Positions 25,746 through 37,160 of a stretch of DNA of 64,000 bases are shown here, one piece after another; position 1 is the stretch's first letter, and each line of letters begins with the position of its first letter. The DNA is from Curvularia clavata (Eukaryota), in the NCBI GenBank assembly GCA_023920165.1, contig CP089276.1, forward strand, positions 4,402,001 to 4,466,000. The letters are read 5' to 3'. The notes below the pieces were generated by a model. It ran no database searches and was not told the origin of the DNA. It saw only the letters and a list, made by a program, of their open reading frames with translations. Position numbers and translations under genes: made by a program.

Positions 25746-28110
25746 ATGCGGTCTTCATTCACTCTCTCTGCTGCAGCGATCCTCGCTGTGGTTGGAGCTC
25801 AAGACATCGACTTCGCTGGAGTCGATGCCACGCCTGGTATGATGGTCCATGTTCGAAGAAAAACGATATGCTAACTCCATAAAGACCCAGTCATCAACAT
25901 CATTCCTGGCCTAAAGGAACAAGTGGTTACCTTTGACAAGGAAGAAGCTGTTGCAGCCGTCGTTGCTCAGGTCAAGAGCGATCCTGTTGATGTCAAGCCT
26001 GTGTCCCAGCCTTCATCCGTCCCAGATGTCAAGAGGCACATGAGGCGCGCAGCATGTGATCCAGAGCCCAGCAATCCCAACACCTACGGTTTCGACTTGT
26101 CATCCGCCAGCAGTTTCCGTGCCGACGCCAAGATCGCATCTGTTGCCAAGGGCGCTTCCACGCCCTCTGGATACTTCAACACCTTCACCAACTTGCAAGG
26201 CGCAAGCAGTGCTTACGGATATATGGGATACAAGGTGGTGGATAGCTACGATCCTTCTCTTTGTGCTTCCGAGTGCAACTCCAAGGAGGGGTGCCTTGGC
26301 TTCAACATCTGTAAGGCTCCGCCGATTCCCCACTTTGCTGGTAACCCATGACTAACTTGATACAGACGTGGAGCGTGATCCTTCGGTCAACCCGGGCCCT
26401 GCTTGCCAGGACCCCGAGGCGGTTGCCAACATCAAGTGTTCATTCTGGGGTGGACCCGTCTACACCGACACGGCAAACAACAATGGCCAGTGGCGAGAGA
26501 AGTTCGAGGTCGCCATTGCTGGAAGCAACGGTTACTCGTCTCTCAAGACTCAAGCTGCCGAGGGATACAAGATGGTCGAGCTCAAGAACAGTGCCATCAA
26601 CTCTCCTTTGGACTGCAACAACCAAGGATCGTACATGGGCTACAGGCTGTTCGTTGAAGGCGCTTTTGATGCTAAGCTCTGCGCCACTGCCTGCAAGGAA
26701 AACAACAAGTACGCATTGGAACACCCCCCTGCCACTGGCCAGCCCCAGCTGTGCCGTTACTTCAACACCTACATTCTACTCAAGAACGGTGTTTCCCAGG
26801 GTCAATACTGCTCCATGTACTCCCAGGAATGGGCTCCTTCCTTTGCTACCAACGATGGCCAATGGCGCGGCGACGATCACTACACAATCCAGTACAGCTT
26901 TGGCTTCACCGATGAGAGCGATGATGGCGCACCAGTCTGCCCCAGCGATCTGAAATACCTCAAGACCAATGGCCAAGAATTCTGCAGCAGCTACATCAAC
27001 TACGTTCCACCGGTCACGACAGCGACAGCGACTGCTACTACAACCCCTCCCGTCCAGAAGACCATAACTACCACTACGGTTACAGAAGTCGCAACAGTTG
27101 CTGCCGCTCAGTTCGTTGAACCAAAGTTCCGACGTGCGGACAACGGCACCGAAGTGAGCGACGAAGTCGTTGTTGCCCCTTACGAAATCGCTATCGTAGC
27201 CGTCAAGACTCTTACTCACGAGGACGACGCAAGCATTCCTAAGCTCAACGAAACCATGGCGGAAAAGCTCAACAGGCCTGTCGAAGAGCGCGCCGTCGAG
27301 AGGCGCGCTATCGCAACTCCTGCCTCCATCACAGCCTGGCCCTCTAGCAAGATCTCTGCAGCTTGCTCTCAGGTCGCGACTGGACTTACTACTACGACCG
27401 CAACTGTCACCACTGCTGCTCCTACTCCGTTCACTACGTCCCTTCAGACCGTAACCGTTATCAAGAGCACTTGCACGGTTCCTGCGCCCAGACCAACGGC
27501 TCCTTCTTACGTCAAGATTTGCGGTGGTGACCCAATGGGTGACGCGCCCAAGGTACCTGGACCAGCCGACCGCGCCTGGTACACCAACGAGTTTACCATC
27601 GATCTGCCTTTCGCCGTAAAGGTCTTCGAAACCTCATCTACCAGAATTGTCGTCGGCGTCGGTGGATACATCAACGTCGGTGCTTACAGATTCAATGCTT
27701 TCGCCGATGCGCTATATGTCTACGGCCCTGGCTGGAATCAAGGTTTGTTCTACCGCATCGATGGCGCCGTTGGCTCGCGTAAGATCCACTTCTCCTGGTT
27801 CAGCGGCAGCTACTACTGGGGACACGAGCGCTTCCACATCACCGCTACCTTCGATGAAACCAAGCCCGGTGTTCTTGTCAGCAAGGTCTTCGACACTTGG
27901 GGCCAGGTCACTCCTAGGCGTACTATCTCCGTCACAGGAAACGGCAAAAACATTCCATTCGCCAACTACGGATCTAACAACGTCTACGAGGGCCAGCAAA
28001 TCACCTTTGATACTACTTCTGGTGGAGGAAGCGTCTCCCAGAAGGCCTTTGATCGCATCGACTGCTGCTCCAAGACAGGTTGGGAGTGGCACGTATGCAC
28101 TGAGGTCTAA
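25746..28110 (+). CDS. Secreted Cys-rich/Thr-rich multidomain protein (two apple/PAN-like Cys modules, Thr-rich linker, C-terminal beta-rich domain); 3 exons
   Basis: TCACAATG start and signal peptide MRSSFTLSAAAILAVVGA. Introns about 25837-25884 and 26311-26365 join ORFs 25923 and 26368. Repeated YMGY..C..C..C.(F/Y)N module, Thr-rich tracts and dibasic sites. Strong codon bias. Confidence 0.8.
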
Positions 28111-29309
28111 GTTTGCGAAACCACTCTTTTTGCCTACTCCATGTAGGTATAGATATCTTTAGACCATCTCACTGCAGTCATACTCCTCTGCTCATGTCCT
28201 AAATAGCTATTCTATAATTTCTATTATGTAGTAATATGACAATCTTAGTATCATGCACGAATCCCTATCGTTTTTTGTTTCCTTGCTAAAATCTCCCGCT
28301 TATTTGGCCAACGTCACCGCGAGCTATTCTAAAGATTCAACGATTATTTTGGAACAGGCACGCCTATCTAGAAGAACTACAGAGACCTTGTAGTGTTGTC
28401 TGTAAATGCAGCAAGCAAGCTACCTAACAATTAGTTACTGATTCGATATTATCAAACAAAGGTAGCAACACATGAGGGATGCCCCCGGGAAAATCTTACT
28501 TAGCCAAACGAACACAAATCTTATTTTGCTGCGGCACTTCAACAAACGGCTTCAAAGATTCGATTGACTCTGTTGAATGTTTGGAATAATAGACTGTCTG
28601 AGATATCTGGAAAACCCTTGTTTAGAGCGTTGTAAAGAACGTGCTTCTAGGGGGTCTTAACTATTGGTTTCTGTAGCATTGAATTATACACCCTTGCATG
28701 ATGGATTCATGAGCCACGTAGTATAGGAAGTCTCATAATGAAAGTTGCTAATTGTGTTGAATTCTAAGTGTTCTATGTGAATAAAGAATATAAGCTGCAA
28801 TCATGGCTCTCCCACAACTAGAAAAATAAACAATTAAAACATGCTTACTGTAAACACAGTGTGTCAACGCAGTAAGAAATAAAAGAATTGTAAAAAAATG
28901 CGGCCACTTTCCAAATTGCCCACCATGTTCCAATTTCACGAGTTATGACTGCAAAGAGGGGCGATTGACGTTCCGCGACTTGCGCTCAATTCGGAAACGC
29001 TATTGAATGCCAGCTAACCGGTCATAGCAGGTCTAGCCGACCATGTACAAAGGCAACAGGTCTACTCAACCCCCACCTACGAAACTCCGGCCTGTGACCC
29101 TCGTACACGGAGGTGGGGAAGGGTTATCTGCCGCGATACATCCTCCCGAGTTCGCCCGCTTGGATTTGGCTTGCCAAGGACGAACCTACAAATACCTACA
29201 TAAAACGGGCTGCCTCTCTTCAGTGGCAAAGAAAGCCTGGGTATGAACGGCACACTCTCGCAACTCGGCAGGCATCATTTCACAGGCACGCAACCAGGGT
29301 CTACTGAGG

Positions 29310-31429
29310 ATGGCGGGCATTGATGTAAGCCTCTGAAAATCATTGCGTGAAACTGACTAATCAAAACATTGGAGAATCGTGAGGCTTTACTCAAGAACGC
29401 GGGGTTCGACATAGTGGAGGCCAGCGTCAAGGACCACCGCGAGGCCCTCAACTCTGGAAACATCACCAGCGTCGATCTGGTAGTCGGTTACCTCAACCGA
29501 ATTGCCCATTACGATACTGTCAAGGGTCTCAATGCCTTTACTGTCTTCAATGACAATGTCCTTGAAGAAGCAGCAGCGTCTGACGCGCGGCGAGCCCAAG
29601 GTCTGCCGCCACGGCCACTAGAGGGCATACCGTACACAATCAAAGACAGCTACAAGGTTGCCGGAATGACTGTGACTGACGGATCGCCTGCTCTCAAAGG
29701 CGTCATGTCGAGCGAGGATTCGGCGATTGCGAAGAAACTGCGAGATGCGGGAGCCGTGCTGATTGGAAAGACGAATATGCCTCCCATGGCTGCAGGTGGT
29801 ATGCAGAGAGGACTGTATGGCCGCGCAGAGTCACCTTACAACTCAAAATACCTCACTGCTGCCTTTTCATCCGGATCTTCGAATGGCGCGGGAACATCTA
29901 TAGCATCAAGTATGGCGGTTTTCGGCATGGGCAGTGAGACGGTAAGCAGTGGTCGCAGTCCGGCTTCCAATAACGCACTCATCTGCTACACGCCATCAAA
30001 AGGACTGCTGAGCTGTCGAGGGCTTTGGCCGTTGTATGTCACATGCGATGTACCGACACCTTATGCTCGGTCTGTTGAGGATATGTTGGAGATACTGAAC
30101 GTCATTGCTACGTCAGACGAAGATACCACGGGAGACTTTGTACGCGAACAAAAGCACGTGCAGATATCCAAGCCTCCTCAAATCGACTATTCAACGCTAT
30201 GTCAGTCCGATGCGCTCAAAGGGAAACGAATTGGCGTCCCTAAGATGTACGTTGGCCAAAAGGATTCGGATCCGCACGCGAAGCCAACCTACGTTTCACC
30301 CGAGGTCGTTGCGTTATGGGAGACTACCGCCAAAACCTTGGGAGGACTCGGAGCAGAAATAGTTTATACTGATTTCCCCCTTGTGACGAATTACGAGAAT
30401 GATTCTGTATCAGGTGAAGCCAACAATGTGCATGGTCAACCGGCAGACTGGAACCACACGGAACGAGGCATTCTCATCGCGCAGGCTTGGGACGCATTCC
30501 TCGTGCAGAACAACGACGCAAAGATCAAGTGTCTAGCCGACATTCAAGACTCTGCAATGCTTTTCCCCAAACCACCAGACTATAAACCCGACACCTTTCT
30601 TGAAGTGCGCAACTGGATCGATTACGCCGGTCTACCCAAGCTCGTCCAGCAAGAAAGCATCCACGCAGTGCAGGGACTAGAACAAGCCTTGAAAGCGCTC
30701 GAGGCCCAGCGAAAGCGCGACCTAGAGGACTGGATGGACACCAACCGGCTTGACGTAGTGGCGTTCCCAGCCCAAGGCGACGTCGGCCTCGCAGATTTGG
30801 AATTTGATCTCGAGAGCACAAAGCACAGTCTACGCAACGGCGTCAAGTACTCCAACGGCAACCGCGCGATTCGCCATCTAGGTGTGCCGACCGTCAGCGT
30901 CCCCATGGGCGTCATGAGCGACAAGAAGATGCCGGTCAATCTTACGTTCGCAGGCCAGGCTTATCAAGATACGAAATTGCTAGCGTATGCGTACGCTTTT
31001 GAACACGCGACTAAGAAGCGTATAGCTCCGCCGCTCACGCCGGGCCGGGATACAGATGTCATTGCTCCTGCAGTGCGGTCTGCGCCATCTGCCAAACCAG
31101 TCATCTCAAACATTGATCTTGTCGCGGATTCAGATCCAGCTTCAGAACAGCTTCGTATCACGCTTCGCGGGACGCTGGCCAAAGCGTCGCCTCAGACGAG
31201 CGTCCAGGTCTTTGTCGATGGCAAAGAGGTAGCGACAAAAGTGACGAATGAAGTAGAGTGGAGCATTGAATATAGCCATGTTCCTGAGAGACCGCAGCTC
31301 CTGGGCTGGGATCTGAAGCCTCTGCCACACAAGGACGTCATGATTCTTGCTGTCGTGACGACAAAAGTTGATGGAGAGCGAGTTGGACAGAGGGAGGCGA
31401 AATTGATGTGGGCGCCGATTGCGAAGTGA
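29310..31429 (+). CDS. Amidase signature family enzyme; probably 2 exons
   Basis: Ser-cisSer-Lys triad context: PLEGIPYTIKDS, GAVLIGKTNMP, SSGSSNGAG, GSETVSSGRSPAS. Likely short first exon ATG GCG GGC ATT GAT (29310-29324), then a GTAAGC intron with CTGAC/CTAAT branch ending at 29374. Confidence 0.88.
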
Positions 31430-32177
31430 AGTTTGAGGGAGGTACGGAGGTTAGGAGGGTTTTCGTCTTTTCGATAGCCAAGCTCGAGCAGCTGGGTCCA
31501 GTGTTGATGTTCGCGTTTTTTAGGTGGTGGATGGGCGGTTCCAAATTAGCAAGTTGACTAGGCAAAACGACATGTAGTATTTCGCGTAGTAGTTATACGA
31601 ATACATCAAGATTTTCTTTTCTTGGTTCTTCGGTTTACCCTACGTGCAGTTAGTGCATGTACTGTCAAACATGGAAGATATTATATCGCGCCGCACGTAA
31701 CGTACACGTTACGATAGATATTCTCTGCTGTGGAAAGGCCGCGGAACGTCGATTTTGTTATTCTTGCCAAGTACAGATGCTTCTTCTGATGTCATTGGCA
31801 CTGATAGGTAGGTACGCGTACTCGAACCTGTATGTTTGGGTCACAGCCTTACGTCACCTGTTTCCCAGCTAGTCAGTATCCGGTTTGTATGGCGTCGCTC
31901 CGAAGATAGCAGATTTGTGGTACGATCCAGATCGCGGACCAGAGACGATAGTACTAGGGTCCAAGGAAAGCTGAAAGGAGAACCAAAAGCAAGTGAAGAG
32001 GAAAAAAATTCAATTCTCGTTCCACTACCTTCTAAGACAGAGGTAATGGATTAAAGTAGCCTGCGCCAGATATACCCAAATCATTGCAACTCCTTTCCCC
32101 GCTCCCCACGCATATGACTGATGGACTTGTTCGCTCTCAATCGTGCCGATGTCGTTTCAGAAGTCTGATTGCGGTGT

Positions 32178-32294
32178 TTACATGACGGTGCACCAGCAGG
32201 ACTCATCGCAGCCACAGCATTCGCAGGACTCGCCGCACTTGGGAGCAGTGGGCTTGACGATGGTGGAGATGGAAGAGGCGACGCTGGCAGGCAT
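32178..32294 (-). CDS. 38-aa Cys-rich peptide with C-terminal CaaX box (MPASVASSISTIVKPTAPKCGESCECCGCDESCWCTVM)
   Basis: Read manually; it is below the 60-aa ORF cutoff. TTCAAAATG Kozak context, TAA stop and C-ending codon bias. 5'UTR intron 32370-32317 (GTAAGC..CTAAC..CAG), (CT)n tract, and TATAAA at 32497-32492. Confidence 0.82.
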   Translation of the reverse strand: MPASVASSISTIVKPTAPKCGESCECCGCDESCWCTVM

Positions 32295-32374
32295 TTTGAA
32301 GAGTGGTTGTGAGGTGCTGCAAGTATGGTGTTAGGTGAGTTGAGGTAGGACCGGCAGGGGGGCTGCTTACTGGT

Positions 32375-32390
32375 AGAGAGAGAGAGAGAG
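32375..32390. repeat. (AG)n microsatellite; CT tract in the 5' leader of the CaaX peptide gene
   Basis: agagagagagagagag immediately upstream of the 5'UTR intron donor on the minus strand. Confidence 0.7.
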
Positions 32391-33902
32391 TAGGTTAGAG
32401 GAGAATGGTAGGGTATGGAGAGGTGTTTGGCCGGATAGTGAGGCGATGTAGAGTGTGGAATGGAAGGATAATTCAGCGGCAGCGTTTGGGCTTTATATGG
32501 TTGCCAACGCCGATCAGCAGGTTACTTCCAACTTGACTTGTGAAGCAGCATACAACGGTCAGAGCCATGTTGCAGCCCCTCATTTGCGACCCAACCCGGC
32601 CTTGACCCTGAGGAATGCATGACCTGTTTCGACAGCTGCCAGATGTCAGCCATGTCATTGGCCGCGCGTGCTGGCTGCACCGCCTCTGGGTCCCTGTCAT
32701 GTCTCCAGCCTGGACAGTTTGCGCGTATAGACGGGTCTGGAGATGAAAAGGGTAACGGCTGTGGTGGCTCAGCTGGCTTGAGGCGATAATTGAGCGTCGC
32801 CATTGGCTCTTCGTCGGCGAGACTCGTATCACCACTGTCATCGAGCATGCAGGCCCCTGTGAGTGGCATGGACTAGTTGCGCAACTAAGCAGCGCCAAGC
32901 TTCGAGGCGCTGCTTAATCCCTCAGCGAAAACAGGCCATAAGCTTTGCCAAGCGCCAGCCAAAGTCTTGATTTGTGCTGTGGATCAGCCTGTGGAGCACG
33001 CCAGATAGCATGGCTGTGCCACAGTGGGCTTATGACGCCTCATTTCGCGCTGCAGTAGCTTCGTCATTGTGTGTGGCATGCATACTTTGGGCGAGCAAAA
33101 GGCGCAACGCGGCGGTGTGTGTGTGTCTGAGTGGGTAAGTGGACGCGGCGCTTCTCTGGTCGGGTGGTAGCGTAGCAAGTAAGCAGAGGGACTACGTAGC
33201 CTCAGAGTCGACATTGTGGCTTCGCTGGACAGTGACCCTTTGCGGGCCGAACCAAGTGGCGGGACGTGGACGCGGCATTATCGTTGATTTTTGTGACACA
33301 GGGCTGTCAGCCCAAACGCCGCAAGGTTGTTGTTCCTTCATCTCGTCTCTGGTGTAAAGTAGGTAGATTGTACCAGTCCTCCAGACATGCTCGGGCGCCG
33401 GATCCAGCGGAAGCCGCTTAGTCACACCGGAAATGACTCCGGATTCTCCGGCACACGCGCCACAATTAACATCAGCCTCCCTTCTCATACTCCGTGTTAC
33501 AGCATCAAAGCAATTTACTTTGTCGCACGCGCTGGTCTCGTCGCTAGGCCTTGCCTCGACAAAACACCAGGAACACCTGCTGCTTGCCTCGGTTTCGTTT
33601 CTCCTATCCGAGGCATCCGGACGACACTCCTGCCGCAGCCGCGTGCAAGACGCCCAAGACGCTCATTTCAATGAACCGTCGCAGAACAGACACGGCCACA
33701 ATGGCTAGCATCCGCCTTCTGGTGGAACGCATTACGCTTTCCTTGGCGGCCTAGGCAAGCGGATGAACGGCAAACAAGCATACATCACTAACAAGCTCAA
33801 AATCGTGAAAACTGACAACAGGCATGAATAAAGACATCTGCTAAAAGCAACCCGAAAGATGCTACACTCCACCCAGCTGCACAAGCCCACCTCGTCAGCC
33901 AC

Positions 33903-34637
33903 CTAGCTTACGGTAATGGAACTGGATCCACTCGGCAGCAAAGTCCCATTGGCAAATCCCTCGGTGCACAGAATCATGTAGTCGTGGGTACCAAGCCGCA
34001 TTCCCGCCTTGGCCCACGCATCAAAATGCTTCTGTGTCGTAATGGTGCCTCCAACTCGCTTCTCCGTCCTCACAGACCAGAATTGCGTAAAGGTGCGCGT
34101 GCCTTCAATCGACGGCTTGTTGACGCGCTGGCTGGTGTAGAGGTTGTACGTGCCTTCTTCCGAAGTGAAGTTTCCTTTGGCCGTCCACGGCTCACCTGGC
34201 GCGAGGACGTCGTAGGATTCGACAACATAGAACTCAATCAATGGATTGCGGGTCCACCCATAGAGAGCGAGATAGCCGGGTCCTTTGGCTTGGTAGGTTC
34301 CAGAGTATCGTACTACCCTGCTTCTCGTCAACAATGGTTTTTTCACAGTCGTAGAGGGGCCAACATACCGTGAGCCTCCTGGCTTGAAACCTGTACCTGC
34401 TACAAAACCTCCGCCTGGCTGGCCTGACCAGTTGCACGAGTATCTACCGCCGCCTTGATTGTTGCATTGGAAGTTGCCAGCGCCTTCAGACCAGAACGAA
34501 TAAGTCCCACCCTGGCGCGTCTCGAGCTGCTTGCCTACAGTCTCATGGCTAATGAGCGACTCAATACCGCTTGGTGCAGTGAGCACGCCGGGAATGAGTG
34601 TTAGCGCGGCGGTTGCGAGGGTGATGAAAGATACCAT
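33903..34637 (-). CDS. Secreted endo-1,4-beta-xylanase, glycoside hydrolase family 11; 2 exons
   Basis: Signal peptide, YLALYGWTRNPLIEFYVVE (nucleophile Glu), RVNKPSIEGTRTFTQFWSVR, HFDAWAKAGM and YMILCTEG (acid/base Glu). 51-nt intron 34368-34318. Confidence 0.93.
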   Translation of the reverse strand: MVSFITLATAALTLIPGVLTAPSGIESLISHETVGKQLETRQGGTYSFWSEGAGNFQCNNQGGGRYSCNWSGQPGGGFVAGTGFKPGGSRYVGPSTTVKKPLLTRSRVVRYSGTYQAKGPGYLALYGWTRNPLIEFYVVESYDVLAPGEPWTAKGNFTSEEGTYNLYTSQRVNKPSIEGTRTFTQFWSVRTEKRVGGTITTQKHFDAWAKAGMRLGTHDYMILCTEGFANGTLLPSGSSSITVS

Positions 34638-36123
34638 GATGAAGATGATGATGCTGCTACGGTTGAAAGCAGACTTGAGACCATGTACCTCAGGCTCCTA
34701 TTTATGTAAAAAGAGCCCTTGGGCAACACAATATGACAGCACCAGGACAGCTCCCGGATATGCGGAGTCCATCCATGGGATCAACTTCTGTTGTCCATCA
34801 CCAAACCTAAATTCCCACCGCCAGAGATGTCAGCATTGAGCGTGTTCCAAGGCTATACAGGCTATTCTGAGCGGGGGAGATGATGGTGATGTAGCAAGCC
34901 AAGCTCTTGTCGTGGCCATACAAGCGCCCGCCAAGTCCGGGGTGCATTGCCAATAACATATCTGGAACACGAGCAGCAAACTCAATCTTTCCATGTGCGA
35001 CACAAAAGCAATATGTCTTGTTTTTCGCTAATCTGCCGTAATGTCGCTTTTCTGCCGGTGGGTTAGCTCTCAGGAATACCCATATTAATATCTGATGACT
35101 ACCGCGCGTCCCGTCCCAAGTGCCGGCCGGGTACATAGACAATGGCAAACTGATCGGCGCCAGCATGATGTGGGGTAGGGGGATTGGACGTGGTATTGAA
35201 CCGATGCCATTTTCCGTGGGCAAGTCTATCGAGGACAATCATGTAAAGATGACCTCTTGAATTGCAGACATCAGAGTTTGACTTTTGCAAATACCCGGTT
35301 TGTTCAGAACTAACAGGCTCTCCTAGAGTTGGTGAAACCGGAACGTGGCGGCTTACAGAATCATCTTACATTTTCCTAAGATCATCAATTTGGAAAGTAA
35401 CCGTAGTTGTCAGGGTTTCATGATTTTCGGCGCTGATGGCTTGTCACGATAGGTGAGCTCGCTTTGGTTTTTCGTATTCACTGGGTCTTGGAGAGAGTAG
35501 CTCTTTGCATCAGTATTTGATTCCGAGTAAGACAATTGGAATGCTCCTATAAACATGTTAAAAATATCCAACTATAGCAAGGGACACTGGCTCGCAGACT
35601 ACTCACTACACTCTAAATAAGTACTACGCTCACGCTGAGCGGGGCAACAGCGCCTTCTGCGGAATCTACAATAGACTGCTAGACTTATGAGCGGCTACCA
35701 TGTATTCCAACCACTACAATTGCTCGTGCAAGAGTGTCATTCATTTGGCCAAACGCACACGCAGGTGCAGTTGACTATTTTGATCTCACGTTCAGATGTA
35801 GAGTACGACTTGGATGGAGGAAGTCAATAGCATCAGGATCGATACTGATAGCGTCATAGCAATGTACTACACGAAAGAAATAGACTTTAACTTCACCGAC
35901 CCGTTGACTGCACAAGCTCGACATGGGGGCGAGCAGGAGGCCTACCAAGACTACTGTCCTGGCGGTAGAGGTTTAAAGTAAAGGGACTGCATATGATTTG
36001 AATCGATTGGGTGTTGTACAGCTGAAGAACATACTGAGTAGTCCATGTCCACCACCACTGCCTTGATCCAACATTGCCCAGACAGCCTCACTCCAGACCC
36101 CCTATATCCTTTGCCATTTCTCA

Positions 36124-37160
36124 CTAGGCTGTACTGGCCCAAAGCGCCTTCATCCTTGTGCTGCCGGCAATCAAACCGCAGGCGCCCATGATGCCCAGAT
36201 TCCAGCCAGGCAGACCTCCGCTTGCACTGCTAAAGTGCAGGGCCATGGGGAACCAAGCGCTCGCAATGACAAAGTCGGTCCACCACCTCTTGTCGAACTT
36301 GGCGTCTTCTTCTTCCTGGTACTCTGCAACTGCTTTTCCTTCTGCTACCATCTGCCTGCGCGTAGCCCGCCTGCGGCCCTCAATCTGCCACTCGCGCATC
36401 AGACGGAGGAAATCGCACGAGACACCGCCGAGCCAGCAGCGGTAAGCGTAGAGGTACAGACGGGCGGTCTTGGAGTCGCCGCGGTTGAGGGCAGCGATGA
36501 CGCGGGGAGAAACGACGCCCGAGTCAGCGAGAAGCGAAATGTTTTCGAGTGCTTGGTAGACAAAGTAGCTGAGGGCTTGCAGCGTGGCGATTCTGTGCAG
36601 GACTACGTCGGTGCCTGGCTTGGGGCCCGAGGCGAGCGAGCGCAGCCATGCATAGAGCGGCAGGGTGCCGGTCAGCCTAAGGGTTGTACGCGTCTTGGAG
36701 ATGAGGACGGCGAGGGCGGCGATGGGGGGTACGGAGCCATTGTCGACCAGCGTCGTGGCGGGAATCTTTGTGTCATCGCATGCAGGGCGAATCAAGGAGA
36801 GCAGCTTTGCGGCGAAGCTCGAGACCGAGGGGGATTTTGTCTGCGCGTAGGCGAGGATGTAGAGCGTGTAGTTGAATGTGGAGAGGAATGCGGAGAGGCC
36901 GCCCGGGGAAGCTAGCAGCCTGCTCTAGATTTAGCTCATGATAGTGACGCCTGGCCAGCCAGCCAGCCAGCAAGCACTCACTTGTTGAGGCGAAGGATTG
37001 TCTGGTCGACCTTCTTGATACCAGCAAGCAGGTCTGTTCTAGAGGCGTTGGTTGGGTCGGCGGTGGGCGCTGCGTCAGCGATTTTGTCGACTACCTCTTT
37101 GACCTCTGGTGGGTCGGCCGCTTGGGGCGCGTCGGACTGTGGGTTTTCGCTGTCGGACAT
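36124..37160 (-). CDS. Peroxisomal membrane protein, Pex11 family (Pex11C-like); 2 exons
   Basis: Exon 1 MSDSEN..ILRLNK is spliced at a GTGAGT intron (about 36980) to LLASPGGLSAFLSTFNYTLYIL. SKTRTTLRLTG, YQALEN, RCWLGGVSCDFLRL and AWFPMALHFS..GLIAG match the Pex11 family pattern. Confidence 0.75.

Noticed and set aside
28200..28950. AT-richer stretch as a possible RIP-degraded transposon
   Set aside because: No terminal repeats, transposase remnants or second copy within the window; cannot be supported without a genome search.
32143..32334. 63-aa plus-strand ORF
   Set aside because: Antisense shadow of the minus-strand CaaX peptide gene, which has all the expression signals.
34318..34368. 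In-frame stop-free 51-nt xylanase intron as an alternative isoform
   Set aside because: It is at an ordinary GH11 intron position with canonical signals, and retention would disrupt the compact jelly-roll fold.
34700..35300. XlnR and CreA sites in the xylanase promoter
   Set aside because: I found no exact GGCTAA/GGCTAG site, and SYGGRG hexamers are too frequent to be informative.
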